DNA from: Epiperipatus broadwayi
Taxonomy: Eukaryota > Animalia > Onychophora
Assembly: GCA_028023455.1 (NCBI GenBank)
Contig: JAQFVV010000007.1
Coordinates: 6,634,001 to 6,698,000 of the forward strand
Direction: 5' to 3'
DNA length: 64,000 bases
In this document: in pieces, positions 26,141 to 39,299 of the stretch
How positions within the stretch are numbered: position 1 is the first letter of the stretch
Layout: each line of letters opens with the position of its first letter
Made by a program: the position numbers and the translations under genes
Notes under the pieces: model-generated
Database searches by the model: none
What the model was told of the DNA's origin: nothing
Seen by the model: the letters and a program-made list of their open reading frames with translations, nothing else

Positions 26141-28234
26141 GGAATGCAGGCAGTTGCAAATAAAAAATAAGTTTGTTTGGAAATTCTGAGTACTTAAAAA
26201 CATTTTAAAGTGTAACTTATATTCAAACTCAAGTCATAAGTCTGCAGATGAATGAAGTATTTAATTCATCCTAAGACCTTTTCATTATATATATGTACAG
26301 ATAAAAGATTATTTCAAACATCTATTATTTAAACAAATTTTCACTGGGGATCATTAACTCTTTATAACAGTTCCAGTAATTTTCATGGCTTGTTTACTTC
26401 AGAATAACAGCATAATTCTGTTACTTTAGATTGCTCTTCTACTATTACCATTATTAATATTAGTGTAGAATTTTTAAAAAAAAAACCCACTAAATCTGCA
26501 GCCTGTAAATTATTGATTTGTTAATGTACACAAATCTGAAGAGGACAGAATTTTCCAGACAATCAAACATTTTCAAAGGATTTTGCTCTTTTGTTCACTA
26601 AAAAAGTTACAGCCTCTAAGGCATTGATGATTTTGGTTATTTGTATTTTGGTTTGTATAGTTTTGTGAGATTACTTGGGAAACATTTTTGGATTAAAAAA
26701 TATGATTTTTTTTTCTAGTTTATTAAATTTTTCATATTTTTACACAATAATTATTTTATTTGCATATGTTTTATTTTTAAAAATAGAAATTAATACATTT
26801 GAAATTAATATTAACAAAGAAGATACATCATAAGATGTAAAAGTGATCACATAAATCATTTCTTGTCAAAATTGATACTAAGTTAGAATCTTTTATGGTA
26901 TTCTAAAAGCTATAAAGCAGTTTTAAGATTTTAGAGCAGCATTTTCTAGATTTATCATAGATTAATTTATTTGTTCCCAAATAAAAAATGAATTCACAAT
27001 AAAACAGATTTCATTGATTTTCTGAGTTTGTTTTCCTTCAGATTGTTGAATAACATTTCCAATTCTTTGTTCCTACCACAACTTATTTTTTTTCAATATT
27101 TGCAAAGTTCAACTATGATTTTTTTTAGAATTGTTTTAATTTCTAAAATTAAATTTAAAAAAAATCAAATTCAATTTATTGAGTTTTAGTATAAAGTAAA
27201 GATTTTATACAGAGATGAAAGGTTAAGAATTGACAAAAACTATCACCAGGTTTACCAATAGAAAATAGCATTTGAAAGTGTTAATCTTTTATAATAAACA
27301 AATTTGTTTGTACACATATTTCCAAACAAAATTAAAGGAAAAAACATTTGTAAATATCTATAAATTAATAAACCAAATTGCTTTTCTTTTATCTTTGCAA
27401 AATTTGGATTTACAATGAAATCTATCTTTGACATCTAATAAATTCATAAATTTAAAAAGTACCCTGCAACCAGGGATTTCAGATTAATGATATTTTATGT
27501 ATATATACAATACATGATTTTATATTGTATGAATAACTGTATATATGTGGATATTTTAGTTACATTGATATATTATAGGAATCTTTAGGTATTAGCTATA
27601 AAGACTACCCAAAACATTGAATACATACTATTGATAAGAGTTAGAAAAATAACAAACAAGAATTTACATGGACATGCACATAATTAAATAAATATAGCTG
27701 AATATAATAATTTTTAATAAAAATCCCCCAAAAAACCCCACTTTGATTCATATAAATACCATAAATCATAAGTGGGTATACTTTTTCAAGGCAAATGCTA
27801 CTTGTAATTTTCTCCAAGTGTCACATTTCACAACTTCATAACATATTCTTTAACAGAATTTTATGTATTGCACGTTTTGGTTTACTGATGGAATTTCTGT
27901 CTCTGGGTCTCAAAGTCCACAGATTATGTTCAAACATCTTATGTCTTCCCAAGAAATAAGCCATTTGATTATATATATATTAATTCTAATACTCATTCTA
28001 ATATTCTCATGGATAAATGATGAATTTATAGTATTATATATATATAATTTCATGCCTCTGTAATATAATAATCTTGATAATCTAAATTGACAATTTTATT
28101 GTTTAACAGCTATTAAAATTTTGAAATAAGTAATAGATGCTTCCAAAATCAGATTTGTACTAATGTATTTGGAATAGAGCCTATACTTTGATATAATTAT
28201 CATTTTGGTTTTGCATAGTTCTTTTAAAATAAGA

Positions 28235-28235
<1 letters not shown>

Positions 28236-28314
<79 letters not shown>
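28236..28314. repeat. (TA)n microsatellite
   Basis: Long perfect AT dinucleotide run. Confidence 0.97.
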
Positions 28315-28317
<3 letters not shown>

Positions 28318-28396
28318 TGATATCTAAAATGATATATTCACAAATTTGCATATAAATTAACCTATAAGTTCTTTCTTCTACATTTCTATCTTAAAG

Positions 28397-28802
28397 CTAT
28401 GAATACAAGTGGCCTGGTCAAAAGCAGTGGTAAGCTGTAGATCTGTAAAGTAGTTATAATTTTTCCTGCATAGTGGACATTCCCGATCTATTGAACTGCA
28501 AACGAATAAAAAAAAAGATAGATTGAGTTACAATTATTATAACTGTTTTATAATACTACAAAAAAAGGAAAAATAGTCTGTGGGAAAAGAGATTAGAGTA
28601 AATCAAGATGCAGTAATATAGTTTTTCTTTACATGTAGTCTTAATATAGATTCAAAAATATTTAAAATTTTTAGGAATATATGGTCTCATGAAGTTGTTC
28701 TTCCTGCTCTTAAGAATGGTTTTATTTTTCAAGACTACAGCATTTATCAAGAAATATCATTATTATTCAATACAGTAAAGATATTTTCAAAAATTTTGTT
28801 AA
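28397..28802 (+). CDS. Candidate pair of coding exons of an unidentified host gene (28397-28429 and 28675-28802)
   Basis: AAAG|...TG|GTAAGC and TTTTAG|...A|GTAAGT, phases compatible. Joined frame is open: YEYKWPGQKQWNIWSHEVVLPALKNGFIFQDYSIYQEISLLFNTVKIFSKILL. Confidence 0.45.
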
Positions 28803-28897
28803 GTAAGTTGATTCTAGACATAAAAAAATGGATTCCAGATACTCAATATGTTTTTTAGAAAATCAATAGAGATTCAAAAAGCATTATAGAAATGGAT

Positions 28898-28990
28898 TTT
28901 TTTAATATGTCAAAGCATTGACTGGGATGTGAACCTGGGCCAGCTGCTTGGAAGGCAGCTGTGATAACTGCTAGGCCACCAACACTTGAC
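28898..28990 (-). mobile_element. Minimal tRNA-Gly(TCC)-derived SINE or tRNA retrocopy with a 13 bp TSD
   Basis: Minus strand GTGTTGGTGGCC...GCTGC-CTTCCAA-GCAGC...CCCAGGTTCACATCCCAGTCAATGC resembles eukaryotic tRNA-Gly(TCC). TATAGAAATGGAT is duplicated at 28885-28897 and 28991-29003. Confidence 0.85.
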
Positions 28991-29507
28991 TATAGAAATG
29001 GATGTATAGCCAGAAAAATATAAAAAAAAAAATTAAAAACAAAAATATGATTTTTATGTTGCTTTTATTGACTTAATCAAGGTATTTGAGTCAATTAATT
29101 GAACAGGTACATGGCATAGTTTGAAATTAGTTAATTATCCACCAGTATATATTTGTATTATATAGCTTCTACATAATGGAATGAGAAAAACTGATATGAC
29201 TACAGATGGAAAACCTGAGGCATTTTATATGAAAACATATTAAAAAAGGATAAGTATTTGTTTTAAGATTGTTTTTGATTTTTATGACAGCAATCTTTGA
29301 AATTGTTTATAAGTGGCTTAATGAATCAGAGATTAAGATAGGATACATGTTTAATGATGGAATTTTTAATTTGAATTAATTAAAAGTAAAATAAGAACAT
29401 CATCTTCATTAAATATGGATATATGGTATACTTATAACTGTGTTATTTTTGTTAGCTCAAAAGACAATCTATAGAATGTATTTAATATGTTATTTTAGTA
29501 ATTAATA

Positions 29508-29950
29508 AAGCTCTCCATACAGTAATACCACTCAGTGCCAGCCAGAGTAATCAATGGATGCCAGAAGGCTTGTGCATAAAATCACTATCTAGTGCCTACT
29601 CATCCAATATCCCCAGACTAGTTTCCAGCTTGTGGCTTTCATCAGTGAGGAGCCTTGGATCAGAGAGCACTGCACCCAGATCTTAAGATCTAATGCAATC
29701 CTCTAGCAACTACCTTTAATCTCTAATTAACTACAAAACTAGGAGTCTAAAATTGAAAACATATTTTCAATCCAAGCTCATTAGCTTATATAGTCATATA
29801 GGTCTAAACTCAGTGTAGTACACATAAGTTTTAGTGTCTTTGGTTTTTTAATAACCATAGCCACCATGATCCTATTAGGCAGAATTGGTATTAAACCACT
29901 AAACAGCTTGTGCAAGCACATGAAATGGTGATCATATGATGTTTACTAAT
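29508..29950 (-). mobile_element. Near full-length R1 copy plus inverted 3' piece (29903-29950)
   Basis: Reverse complement of the R1 unit, inserted within the RTE. Confidence 0.9.
29610..29651 (-). ncRNA. Type I minimal hammerhead ribozyme (HHR1), core intact
   Basis: Minus strand TCCTCA CTGATGA A AGC CACAA GCT G GAAA CTA GTC TGGGGA. Stem I is 6 bp with one G.U pair. Confidence 0.8.
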
Positions 29951-31241
29951 TAATGTTAAAAAAAACTCAAGTTCTTTATCAGTCAATATCAATACAAAAT
30001 CCTCAGCAACTTTTAGCTGGGATAGTTATCAACTTAAAAATCCAAACCAATTTAAATATTTTGATAGATTTATAATTAAGAGAGTGGACTTAGGCAATGA
30101 GATATGGCACAGATTCTAATATACAGCTGCTGTTTTTAACAAGTTAAAAAATAGATATTTAATCACATAAAAATAAATATAAGTAACTAGCTGTACATAG
30201 AGCTATTGTTTTGCCTAATTTATTGTATGGAAGAAAGACTTACCTAATGATATAACATAAAGGCATTAGAAAAGTTTTTTTTAAGTATGCTCTAAAAAAA
30301 TTTAAGAATGGCTATTTCATAAGACCAGTCAAGATTTCTTCAATTTGCTGATTGTGTTGCTACAGTCCATCATTGTAAAAACCACACTATCATTAGATTG
30401 AACATGTAAAATGAATGAATAATAGAAGATTTTCTTAAAAATGAATTTTATAGTGAAATTGAGCATAGTTTTTATGAAAGACCCCCCCCCCATTTTGTTA
30501 TAAGGATTATTTCAAAGACATTCTAAAAAATGCACAATGTTACCTATTTCCATTGAAATGATCTAGAGATTAGAATACAATGGAGAACTACAATGAGATA
30601 TGACATTGAAGCATTCTAGAAAAAAAAATTCTGGAGAAGTTAAAAGACAGTGTCACAAAATATATATAAAAAAGTACCAGTATGTTTTATACTTGTGTTC
30701 TATATGGGGATGTTTTAGTGGTTCACACATACAAAACTCATTGCTATAGTTGTTTTTGCCTTGGAGTTGGAAAACATGTTTTTGAGTGACTATCATATGT
30801 ATGTAGGTAGTCTCAATTTTCAAAGTTTTTTTTATTTTTTAGAAAATAAAACCACTACATTTATTAAAGGACACCAAAATCCATAGATATTTGTAAGCAA
30901 AAGAAAATTCAATTTATTTGGAATCAATAAAAGAGAAAAAATATTGATTATAACAATAAAAAAAGAATATAATAAAGAAAAATTTACAAATTATATATTA
31001 ATATAAACTGAAACAAACAAACAAAAAATTTGATTTTTGATAAAACGATCTCATTCCAAACAACTGCATTCGAGGCACTAGGAAACAGTCTCTAGTTTTG
31101 ATTTTTTTATTTTTGTAGAATAAGTTTTTGAGATGTAGGGTCAAAGGAAAATGATATCCAAGAAATCACATGGTAAAAAACATGAAGATGGTAATTTTTA
31201 TTAATAATTTTAACTAGTCATTCATAAGACTAGACATTATC

Positions 31242-31394
31242 CACTTAATGAATAATATTTCTGCAATGTAATTTTCACTACACCACTCTCACACAAGGTA
31301 GGGACTGTTTTTTATCTGCTTTTAACACATTGTGGAGGGGTGTGTGAAAATGATGTAGTGAAAATTACACTACAAAAATATTATTCATTTAGTG
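31242..31394. mobile_element. MITE with ~40 bp TIRs (partial copy ~9395-9490)
   Basis: CACTTAATGAATAATATTTCTGCAATGTAATTTTCACTACA versus TGTAGTGAAAATTACACTACAAAAATATTATTCATTTAGTG. Confidence 0.85.
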
Positions 31395-31894
31395 ATAATT
31401 TTTATATTTGGAAATAGTTTTATTTGAATATTTTCAATGAGAATCATTAAAGAGGAAATATGAGTATGAATAACAGATAAGCTAATAAGAGGTTTTAAGG
31501 AAGAACATTCAAACAAGAAAAATATTCCAATCTCTTATTTTCTTACTATATAATGATCAGATCATATCAGTATTTAAATTTCATCTTATCACCCAGGAAA
31601 TCTTTGGTAATATGATACCATTTTCAACTTTCTTATACACTTAACAATATTATTTTTTACACCAAAACTTTATTTTTACAGTTTCAACTATCCTGCAGTC
31701 ATTATCACAGTTACAATATCCAAATATTAATAGTAATAATAACAAGTCAGATGTCACATGACTTATATATAGCTTGCACTTACAAATATGTAAAATTAAG
31801 AGCGTGCTAATAGCTCTAAACAAGCTTTTTTTATTTATGATAAATGCTACTACAAGAGAAGGCATTCAAATCATTTTTATCTTGGATTGTCCCC

Positions 31895-31936
31895 ATCCCC
31901 AGACTGGTTTCGACCTATGGGTCTCTTCAGTGTACA
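31895..31936 (-). ncRNA. Type I minimal hammerhead motif (HHR3), core and stem II intact
   Basis: Minus strand CA CTGAAGA GACC CATA GGTC GAAA CCA GTC TG. Canonical G10.1-C11.1, 4 bp stem II and GUC triplet. Stem I has only ~2 bp. Confidence 0.75.
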
Positions 31937-33235
31937 TTTATATACATAATCAATAACATATTTTAGACTGACCATTATAAATAATCATTTTCCATTTTAT
32001 TAATCTACTCTTAACTGATTTTGTTTTCTTATTTATAATATTTTATTATTAAACTATTCTAAAACAATTTTTTTATAATTTTAAAACTTTAATCTTTAAA
32101 CTGTACTATTTAATCTATCATTTTATTATTATCTTTTTATTTATATTTTTTTAATTACTTCTAAACTGTCTTTATTTTTATTATATATTTAACTATTAAC
32201 TTTTTGCATTATAAATTACCTTTTTATTACATTACTAAATACTTATATCTTTATAATCCTATTTCCAAAATCCAACTGACAAATTTTCAATAATTCTTAT
32301 ACTTGTTTAACACCTCCTCTATCATCATTTTCTTCAACATTATTTTTAAATCTTTTTATATTCAAACTATTATTATTAATAATAATAACTATAATTATTT
32401 ATAAAATTATTGTCTTTATCCCAAAATCCCTATTAAGATTTGGTTTTATATTTTTAATCACTATTGCCTTTTTAATTTTCCGACCCCTTCTATTATTTGT
32501 ATAATTAATCATTTTTATACTATTCTTCTCAAACCTATAACCTGTTTCTAATGAATGCAAATAAATAAGTGACCTCTTATCATACTTATGTTGATTAATT
32601 ATACAAAAAATAAAAGGGATAGGAAAATTAAAGAGGCAATATTGATTAAAAATATAAAACCAAATCTTAATAGGGATAGTGGGGTAAAGATGATAATTTT
32701 ATAAATAATTATAGTTATTATTATTATTATTATTATTATTAATATTATTAGTTATTATTATTATTAATAGTTTGAATATAAAAAGGTTTAAAAATAAAGT
32801 TGAAGAAAATGATGATAGAGGGAAGTGTTAAACAATATAAGAATTTTTGAAAATTTGTCAATTGGTTTTTGAAAATAGGATTATAAAGATGTAAATATTT
32901 AATAATGTAATAAAAAAGTACTGTATAATGTAAAAAAATTAATAGTTAAATATATAATAAAAATAAAGAAAGTTTAGAAGTAATTAAAAAACTATGATTA
33001 TAAGGATAATAATAAAATGATCGATTGAACAGTAGAGTTTAAATATTAAAGTTTTAAAATTATAATAAAATTGTTTTAGAATAATTTAATAATAAAATAC
33101 TATAAATAAGAAAATAAAATTAGTTAAGAGTAGAATAATAAAATGGAAAATGATTATTTATAATGGTCATGCTAAGATGTATGTTATGTATATAATTATA
33201 ATGCATTAATAGTATGCTTATATATTTTGATATTG

Positions 33236-33277
33236 TAGCTCTGATGATGACTGCAGGATAGTCAAAACTGTAAGAGT
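33236..33277 (+). ncRNA. Penelope pLTR hammerhead motif (HHR4), G12 mutated; second degenerate copy at 31674-31712 (-)
   Basis: CTGATGA T GAC TGCAGGATA GTC AAAA CTGTA here and GTTGAAA in the other arm. Both are the expected CpG-decay products of an ancestral GTCGAAA. Confidence 0.65.
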
Positions 33278-33859
33278 AAAGTTTTGCTGTAAAAATAATA
33301 TTGTTAAGTGTATAAAAAGTTGGAAATGGTATCATATATAAATATAGAAATCAATACATAAAGAAAGGAGGAAGAAGAAGAAAATTGTATTAAATCTTTG
33401 GTAAGTAAGACTTTAGTTTTATTTTCATCAAGGATTCAAAGTATTTGGGCTTTAAGCATTGACATCTGAATTACTGAATGATAAATCTGACTCCCTGTGG
33501 AAAAAAGTTTGAGATCCTTTTTTCAAGTTTGGTGATAGGGATTAAATTATTCACTATCTAGTACCCAATCTTCTTAGAAAAAAAGTGATTAGGAATATAG
33601 TGTGTGTAGATACAAGATTAAACAAATTGTAATGAAATTTCTTGCTGAAAGGAAATAATTTGTCTCTTGATGCTATGGGAAAGTATGATTCAACATTAGA
33701 ACAGTAATTGATAAGCTTAGTCATTACATTGTTCTCTGTAAATAAAAAGTTGAAATGCATTGTAAGATTATATTATTGAGTTTAGTATGTATTTCTATAT
33801 TTCTAACGTTTATAATCAGCAACATTTTAACTACTAATAATCTACTGCAAGATTAAGGC

Positions 33860-35420
33860 CTCTCTAATCCAGTTTTTCTAATCCCAGCCTATCTTTTCAC
33901 AATACCCCAGATAACTTTCTTATTTCATCCATCTACCTTATATGTGATCATTTTTTAGCTCTTTTACAATCTCTGCTGATCAAAATTAAATCTTTAACTG
34001 TACATCTATTATCTTCACTTCTGGTAATATGTCCAATGTATCTAGATGTATTCCAGTCTCTTAATTCTTTCAGTGATGTCAGTTTATTTTCTTACATATT
34101 TTGTTTTCAATCTCTTTTTTTTACTTCTAACATATCTCTCTCCATACTTCATTGAATACATCTCATCTGCTAAGTGTTGAAATTTTGATTACATAAAAGT
34201 AAGAAATGACCTCCCTTTTAAAGCATATAAGCATATTTCCCTTTAATATTAAGTTATTTGAGCTGTAATTTCTGTATACCTCATTTATAAAGTGTCCAGA
34301 TATCAAATTCATAATTAAGAATAAAATATATGTGATAAGAAACATCCTTTTAAAACATATTTTCTTTTAAGTTATTTTTGCCAAAAATGCTCCAATCTTT
34401 TTATGATTAATTTTACCCTTTATGCTTCTATTAGTATTAATAATCTGACCAAAGTATTCATAATTGTTACCTTTTCATTCATGATTATCAATCTTTAATT
34501 TCTTCTTAAAAAATCCAATGAACATTAGTGTTTTTAACAATTATCTGTAATCCTATTTTCTTACTTCCATTTGATAAATCTCACATTTCTTTTTACCGCA
34601 AATTAGTTGGGTACAAAACAAGTTAACATTTCTTGCCAAATAGCTGCTTTAGTAAATTTTGAGAAATATCAGTGGGTTGATGAAAGAAACTTTTGTGTGC
34701 AAATAGCAAAAATATTTTGAGATGGAATTTATAATATGTTCATTAAAGATTAGGAAGTGATTTTATATCACCATCCTCAAATTGTTGAATAGAAGAAAAA
34801 GACATTTGATTTCCAATAAATATTTTTGACATTATTGTATACCCACATTTTATTAAAAAAAACAAAGAAATTTTGAGAGAATAATTTTTTAAACTGACAT
34901 AAAGATGGGGAAATTTGTTTTATATAAATCCAACAATCTACTTTTACGAATGCTATGGTTCCTTAGATGCCATTGTTTTGAAAACCCAAGTATTTTGATA
35001 TCAATCTTTCCACATAAACAATAAATTTATGCTAATCAATCTATGTGCTGTGAAAGTCAATAACAGCAGACTGTTTAAGTTTTCCATACCAGTATTATCA
35101 TTATTTGCATTAACTTTGGACAATATTATTTATTTATTTCTATCCACATATGTATTTAAGCTTGCAAAAAGATCAGTTCAATCTTTTGTTGATATTTGTG
35201 TAATAGTATTGACCAGCAGAAATTTTTTTTTTCTCAAACTGAACTCCCTAAATCTAATAAAATAAAATAGAAAGGTGCTGCAGCATGAAACAGATTTAAC
35301 AAAAACCCTGTCTTTCACATCATCTGCTCTATCAAAAAACTTTCAGTCATTCACTTAATTAAAATTTTCTTTCTCAGAGAAGACACATATGTTGAAATAA
35401 CTTCATAAAGATAAAATCTT
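33860..35420 (-). mobile_element. Decayed RTE LINE pieces (3' end ~33860-34600, AP-endonuclease remnant ~34900-35420)
   Basis: Minus strand has a decayed Y.GHITRSEDNRCT.K segment and GMENLNSLLLLTF...NTW (RTE G...NSNG.LLL.F motif). Confidence 0.7.
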
Positions 35421-36599
35421 TTAAACCCCTGTCTATATCCAGATTGAAGTGATACAATATGAAATATACTCCTTCATATAATGTTATCAATTAAAAGCTG
35501 TCACACTATTAAATCAATTTTCATCATTACTTTCTCAATTGTAAGGAATTGAATATAGGAAATTGCTACATGTGTTATGAAAGATTATGAAAATATTGTT
35601 GCACACACACACACAAATCTCACATTCATATGTAGACCAGAACCACAAATGACTAGTGACATAAAAGGACCATTACAATCAAATCCTATCTTATCTAAAA
35701 TAGCACTTATCTTTCAGTAAACCAATATCTTAGTCTACAAAATAGAAGGGGTACATGGGGTCAGGCACAGTTAACTTTCATATTAGCAGACAATTCCAAT
35801 ATCAACCAGCAATGAATCCTGTCACTAGTTTGAGCACAGTATGTTTTAAAATTTGTGTATCACAAAAAAATTCTTTTTTTTTTACTCAATTTCTTTTCTG
35901 AAATCAGTTTCTGCTAAATATTTATGACAACTTCATTATCTAAAATACCAACTTTACAAATTTCAAAATTTTGAAAATGAAGTCATTTTCATTCTTTTCT
36001 TTGCAAGTTTCATAATCTTAAGTCACATCTTTATGACATACATTGAGATTAAGGATTGTCTCTAACCATGTTTTCATTTTGAACTTATATAAATATATAT
36101 CTTTTCAAAAGATAAGAAGTATTCTGTCTTTTTAATATTACTTTACTTGAGTATTGAGGTTACTTATTATAGTCACCATTTCTTTGGTTACTGATAAAAA
36201 AATGGATCAAGTATTCATCACGTTTATGCTACAAATAGAGAAGTTAAGATTTGCTGTTTTCCACTAACTTAAGCTACACATATTTCCCACACAGCATTGT
36301 ATTTAATTAATCAAATAATAGTAAGTTACTCTGTAACTTCTATTCATGCAGATAACTGTGCATTCAAAACTCATTTCATTTTTCTCTATCAAAACTGCCA
36401 CATGAATTTTACAACTTCTAATTTAAATAATTTATTTCTATAGATTAATCATGTGATATTAAAATCATTCTTGTCTCAGATAATTATAAAAAAGATTATT
36501 TGAAATTAGAATTTCAGAATGAGAAAACCAGTGACTAAGCATTTATAAATGCATGAAATATCATCCCTTCTCCAATGGTGAGGTTATATAATTTTTTGT

Positions 36600-37080
36600 T
36601 TTTACGGTTAGTGAAGAATATCAACCTGATCATTTTTAGCTATGGATAGATAGATATCATTTACTGCCTAATACAGCATGTCTGTCTATATAATAAAAAC
36701 TAATTAATAAGATTACTTGAGACAGAAATTTTTTTTCTAAGAATCAACCAGCATGGTTTTAAACCTCAATCACTGCCACACAATTTTTTATCTGACTTTA
36801 TTACACCTATTTCTAAACAATATAATAAATTATCCAAGTTCATCTAATGACTAAAAAAACAACAATAATAAATTGATTACTTTTAATTATAAGTCTAATG
36901 TCTTATATCTAAAATCAAGTCAATGAGCCATCCAGATATCTGTTGGTATTATTTAGCAAATGTTAAAAAGAAAGTAAAAGGTCAGACTAATGTGGATTAG
37001 TCAGGTAAACATTAATTCTCTCACTGTAAAATCAAATGAGCATGATTCAACTATGTCTATCTAGGAAGGGAGCTATGATA
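36600..37080 (+). mobile_element. Decayed LINE reverse transcriptase fragment
   Basis: Frameshifted KLINK...KNQHGFKP-type RT segment. Confidence 0.45.
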
Positions 37081-37221
37081 CACCAATAAGGACCAATTCA
37101 TTTTACTTTTGATTCACATATTATTAACAATGTGTTATGTTAATAAGAGTTTCAAACTCTCCATGCAGTAGTTCCACCAAGAGTAAACCTTTGTAATCAA
37201 TGAATGCTATATAGTTAATCA

Positions 37222-37905
37222 AATAGGTAAAAGATGATTGCTGGAGAATTGCACTAGATTCTAAATCTAGGTCAGTGCTCTGAAATTCAAGGTTTCTCAC
37301 TGATATAAGCCAGATGTTGGATGTGTAGGCACTAGATAGAAATTTTGCACTCAAATCTTTCTGCAGCCATTGATTAGCAAGGTTTGCACTTGGTGGCACT
37401 ACTGTATGGAGAGTTTGGTACTCTTATTTACAGCATGTGTAAGCATATGAAATGATGATCATGTGATCATGCCCATAGGATAATAGTGACCGTGTGTTTT
37501 GAAAAACCCAAGACAACAAAATGTATAGATGATGAACTTAATTCAGATCTATATGAGTATACAAGCAAATGAGTTTGGGTTGGAAACATTATGGTGTTTT
37601 CATCTTGGGATCCTAGCTTTATAGTTAACCAAATAGATAAAAGGTGACTGTTAGAGAGTTGCATTGGATCCTAAGATCTAGGTGCAGTGTTCTCAATCCA
37701 AGGCTTTTTACTGATTAATGCCCAAGCTAGAAACTAGTCTGGGGATGTTGGATGAGTCAGCACTAAATAGGGATTTTGTACACAAACCTTTCTGCATTCA
37801 TTGATTACAAAGGCTTACACTTAATGGCACTACTGTATGGAGAGTTTTATTAACAGCATATGTAAGCATATGAAATGGTGATCATGTGATATTTTGATGG
37901 TAATA
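37222..37905 (+). mobile_element. Head-to-tail R1 partial dimer, period ~431 bp, HHRs degenerate
   Basis: GTATGGAGAG at 37404 and 37835. HHR remnants at ~37295 and 37711-37745 (CTGATTA...GAAACTAGTC). Confidence 0.88.
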
Positions 37906-38074
37906 TGTTATGTCATTGATTAAAAACAACAATGTCTTTATATTATTCAAATTGTGTGGTTTTGTACAATGTCAGATTCTTAATTCAAAGTTCATGGATC
38001 ATGGCCACCCTGCCATTTTGCATGCCTCAACTTTTTATGAACCCCAAACAATAAAATAATTATTTTACTATTAT

Positions 38075-38560
38075 TCAAATTAATTTATGGTATGGAAGTG
38101 AGACTTGGACATCCTATTGATATGAAATATTAAAAAAATTTCATTTAAGGATATCCTGAATACAAAAGAATGATAGAATAATTATAACATCAATCAATAT
38201 GTTTTTTCACTCTTAACAGATGTGGTACTATAGACTCCACCATTGTATAATCAAATTTTTATTGAATTAGTCATTTGAAATGAATGAACAATACATGATG
38301 ACCTAAAATGATGTTTTATGATGAACTTGGGCATAGTTTTTATGGGAAAGGTGGACCCTCAATCAAAGATTTCTAAAGAAGTGAAATGTCAATTGTTTCC
38401 ATTGGGAAAATATGGTGAGAATAAATACATTGGAGAACTACAAACTAGATCTGCTGAAGAAATTAAAAGACAATATTTATAAAATATCAAATAAACAGAA
38501 AAATGGAACACCATGTTACTATACACAGACATATTCATATCTCACAGACTTGTCTATATA
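38075..38560 (+). mobile_element. Decayed RTE LINE 3' fragment
   Basis: LWYGSETWTSY motif at ~38085 and a downstream C-terminal region homologous to 30380-30680. Confidence 0.8.
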
Positions 38561-39299
38561 GTCATCACAAGAATCATCTCTAGTAGATTATTATTATTAT
38601 CATCTTTTTTTAAAACATAGAGTTGGAATGACCATAATCGATTGCGAGTGACTTCTGCTGTTGATGATTGAAATTAATATTTATTACTATTATTATTTTT
38701 TTTAAAAAGCTAACTCTTTTTTTATTATACAAAATAGTATAATATCTAATAAGTAATCAGAATAGTAGATCTACCACACACGCACGCACAGATATAAACA
38801 TCATTTATCTCCATCATTACACTAAATCTTTACATGGTTGCAATGTGGTTAAAATTTTATATATTTTTGTTTTAATCAAATTACGTATAAGCAGATAATT
38901 GATTTTATATTCATATAAACAAAATCCAATTACTTTAGAATGAAGAAGGAATAAAACGATATCTTGTTTAATTCTATTTAAAAGTAAAATGTAATTTAAA
39001 ATTTCTCACGATGGTTTAATAGTAAAATATGGGTTTATCAAAAAAGGGAAAAGTAATCCGTATGGCTTTTAAAAAAAAAATTATGATAAAAGCAACAAAC
39101 ATGAAAAGGAGAAATAGTTTTTAACTATATCATTATTTTCGGTCATTATCTATCCATAGCAGAACAAAAAAGTTTAATCTAGTTTTTCTATTAACAATCC
39201 TATTTATTCATATCATTCCAGAAAACTTTTTATTCATTCATCTATTTCAGAATTAGTCTCTTATCTTTTTATAATTTCTTGGGATCAATTTAAGAGGCC

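Larger units (their letters stand above)
29040..30700 (+). mobile_element. Decayed RTE LINE (RT to C-terminus) interrupted by an R1 insertion
   Basis: FYVAFIDLIKVFES at ~29055, then decayed AIVLP.LLYG-type and P..YKDYFK segments at 30200-30520. Confidence 0.85.
31610..33337. mobile_element. Inverted pair of Penelope-like element 3' ends (arms 31610-32512 - and 32591-33337 +)
   Basis: Arms are diverged reverse complements. The + arm encodes RKIKEAILIKNIKPNLNRDSG (from 32621), the typical C-terminus of the PLE GIY-YIG endonuclease. Each arm ends with a hammerhead motif. Confidence 0.85.

Noticed and set aside
28675-28802. Recalled resemblance of the candidate exon to a HEAT-repeat segment of UTP20
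   Set aside because: Based on memory only, and neighbouring UTP20-like exons were not found, so no symbol was assigned.
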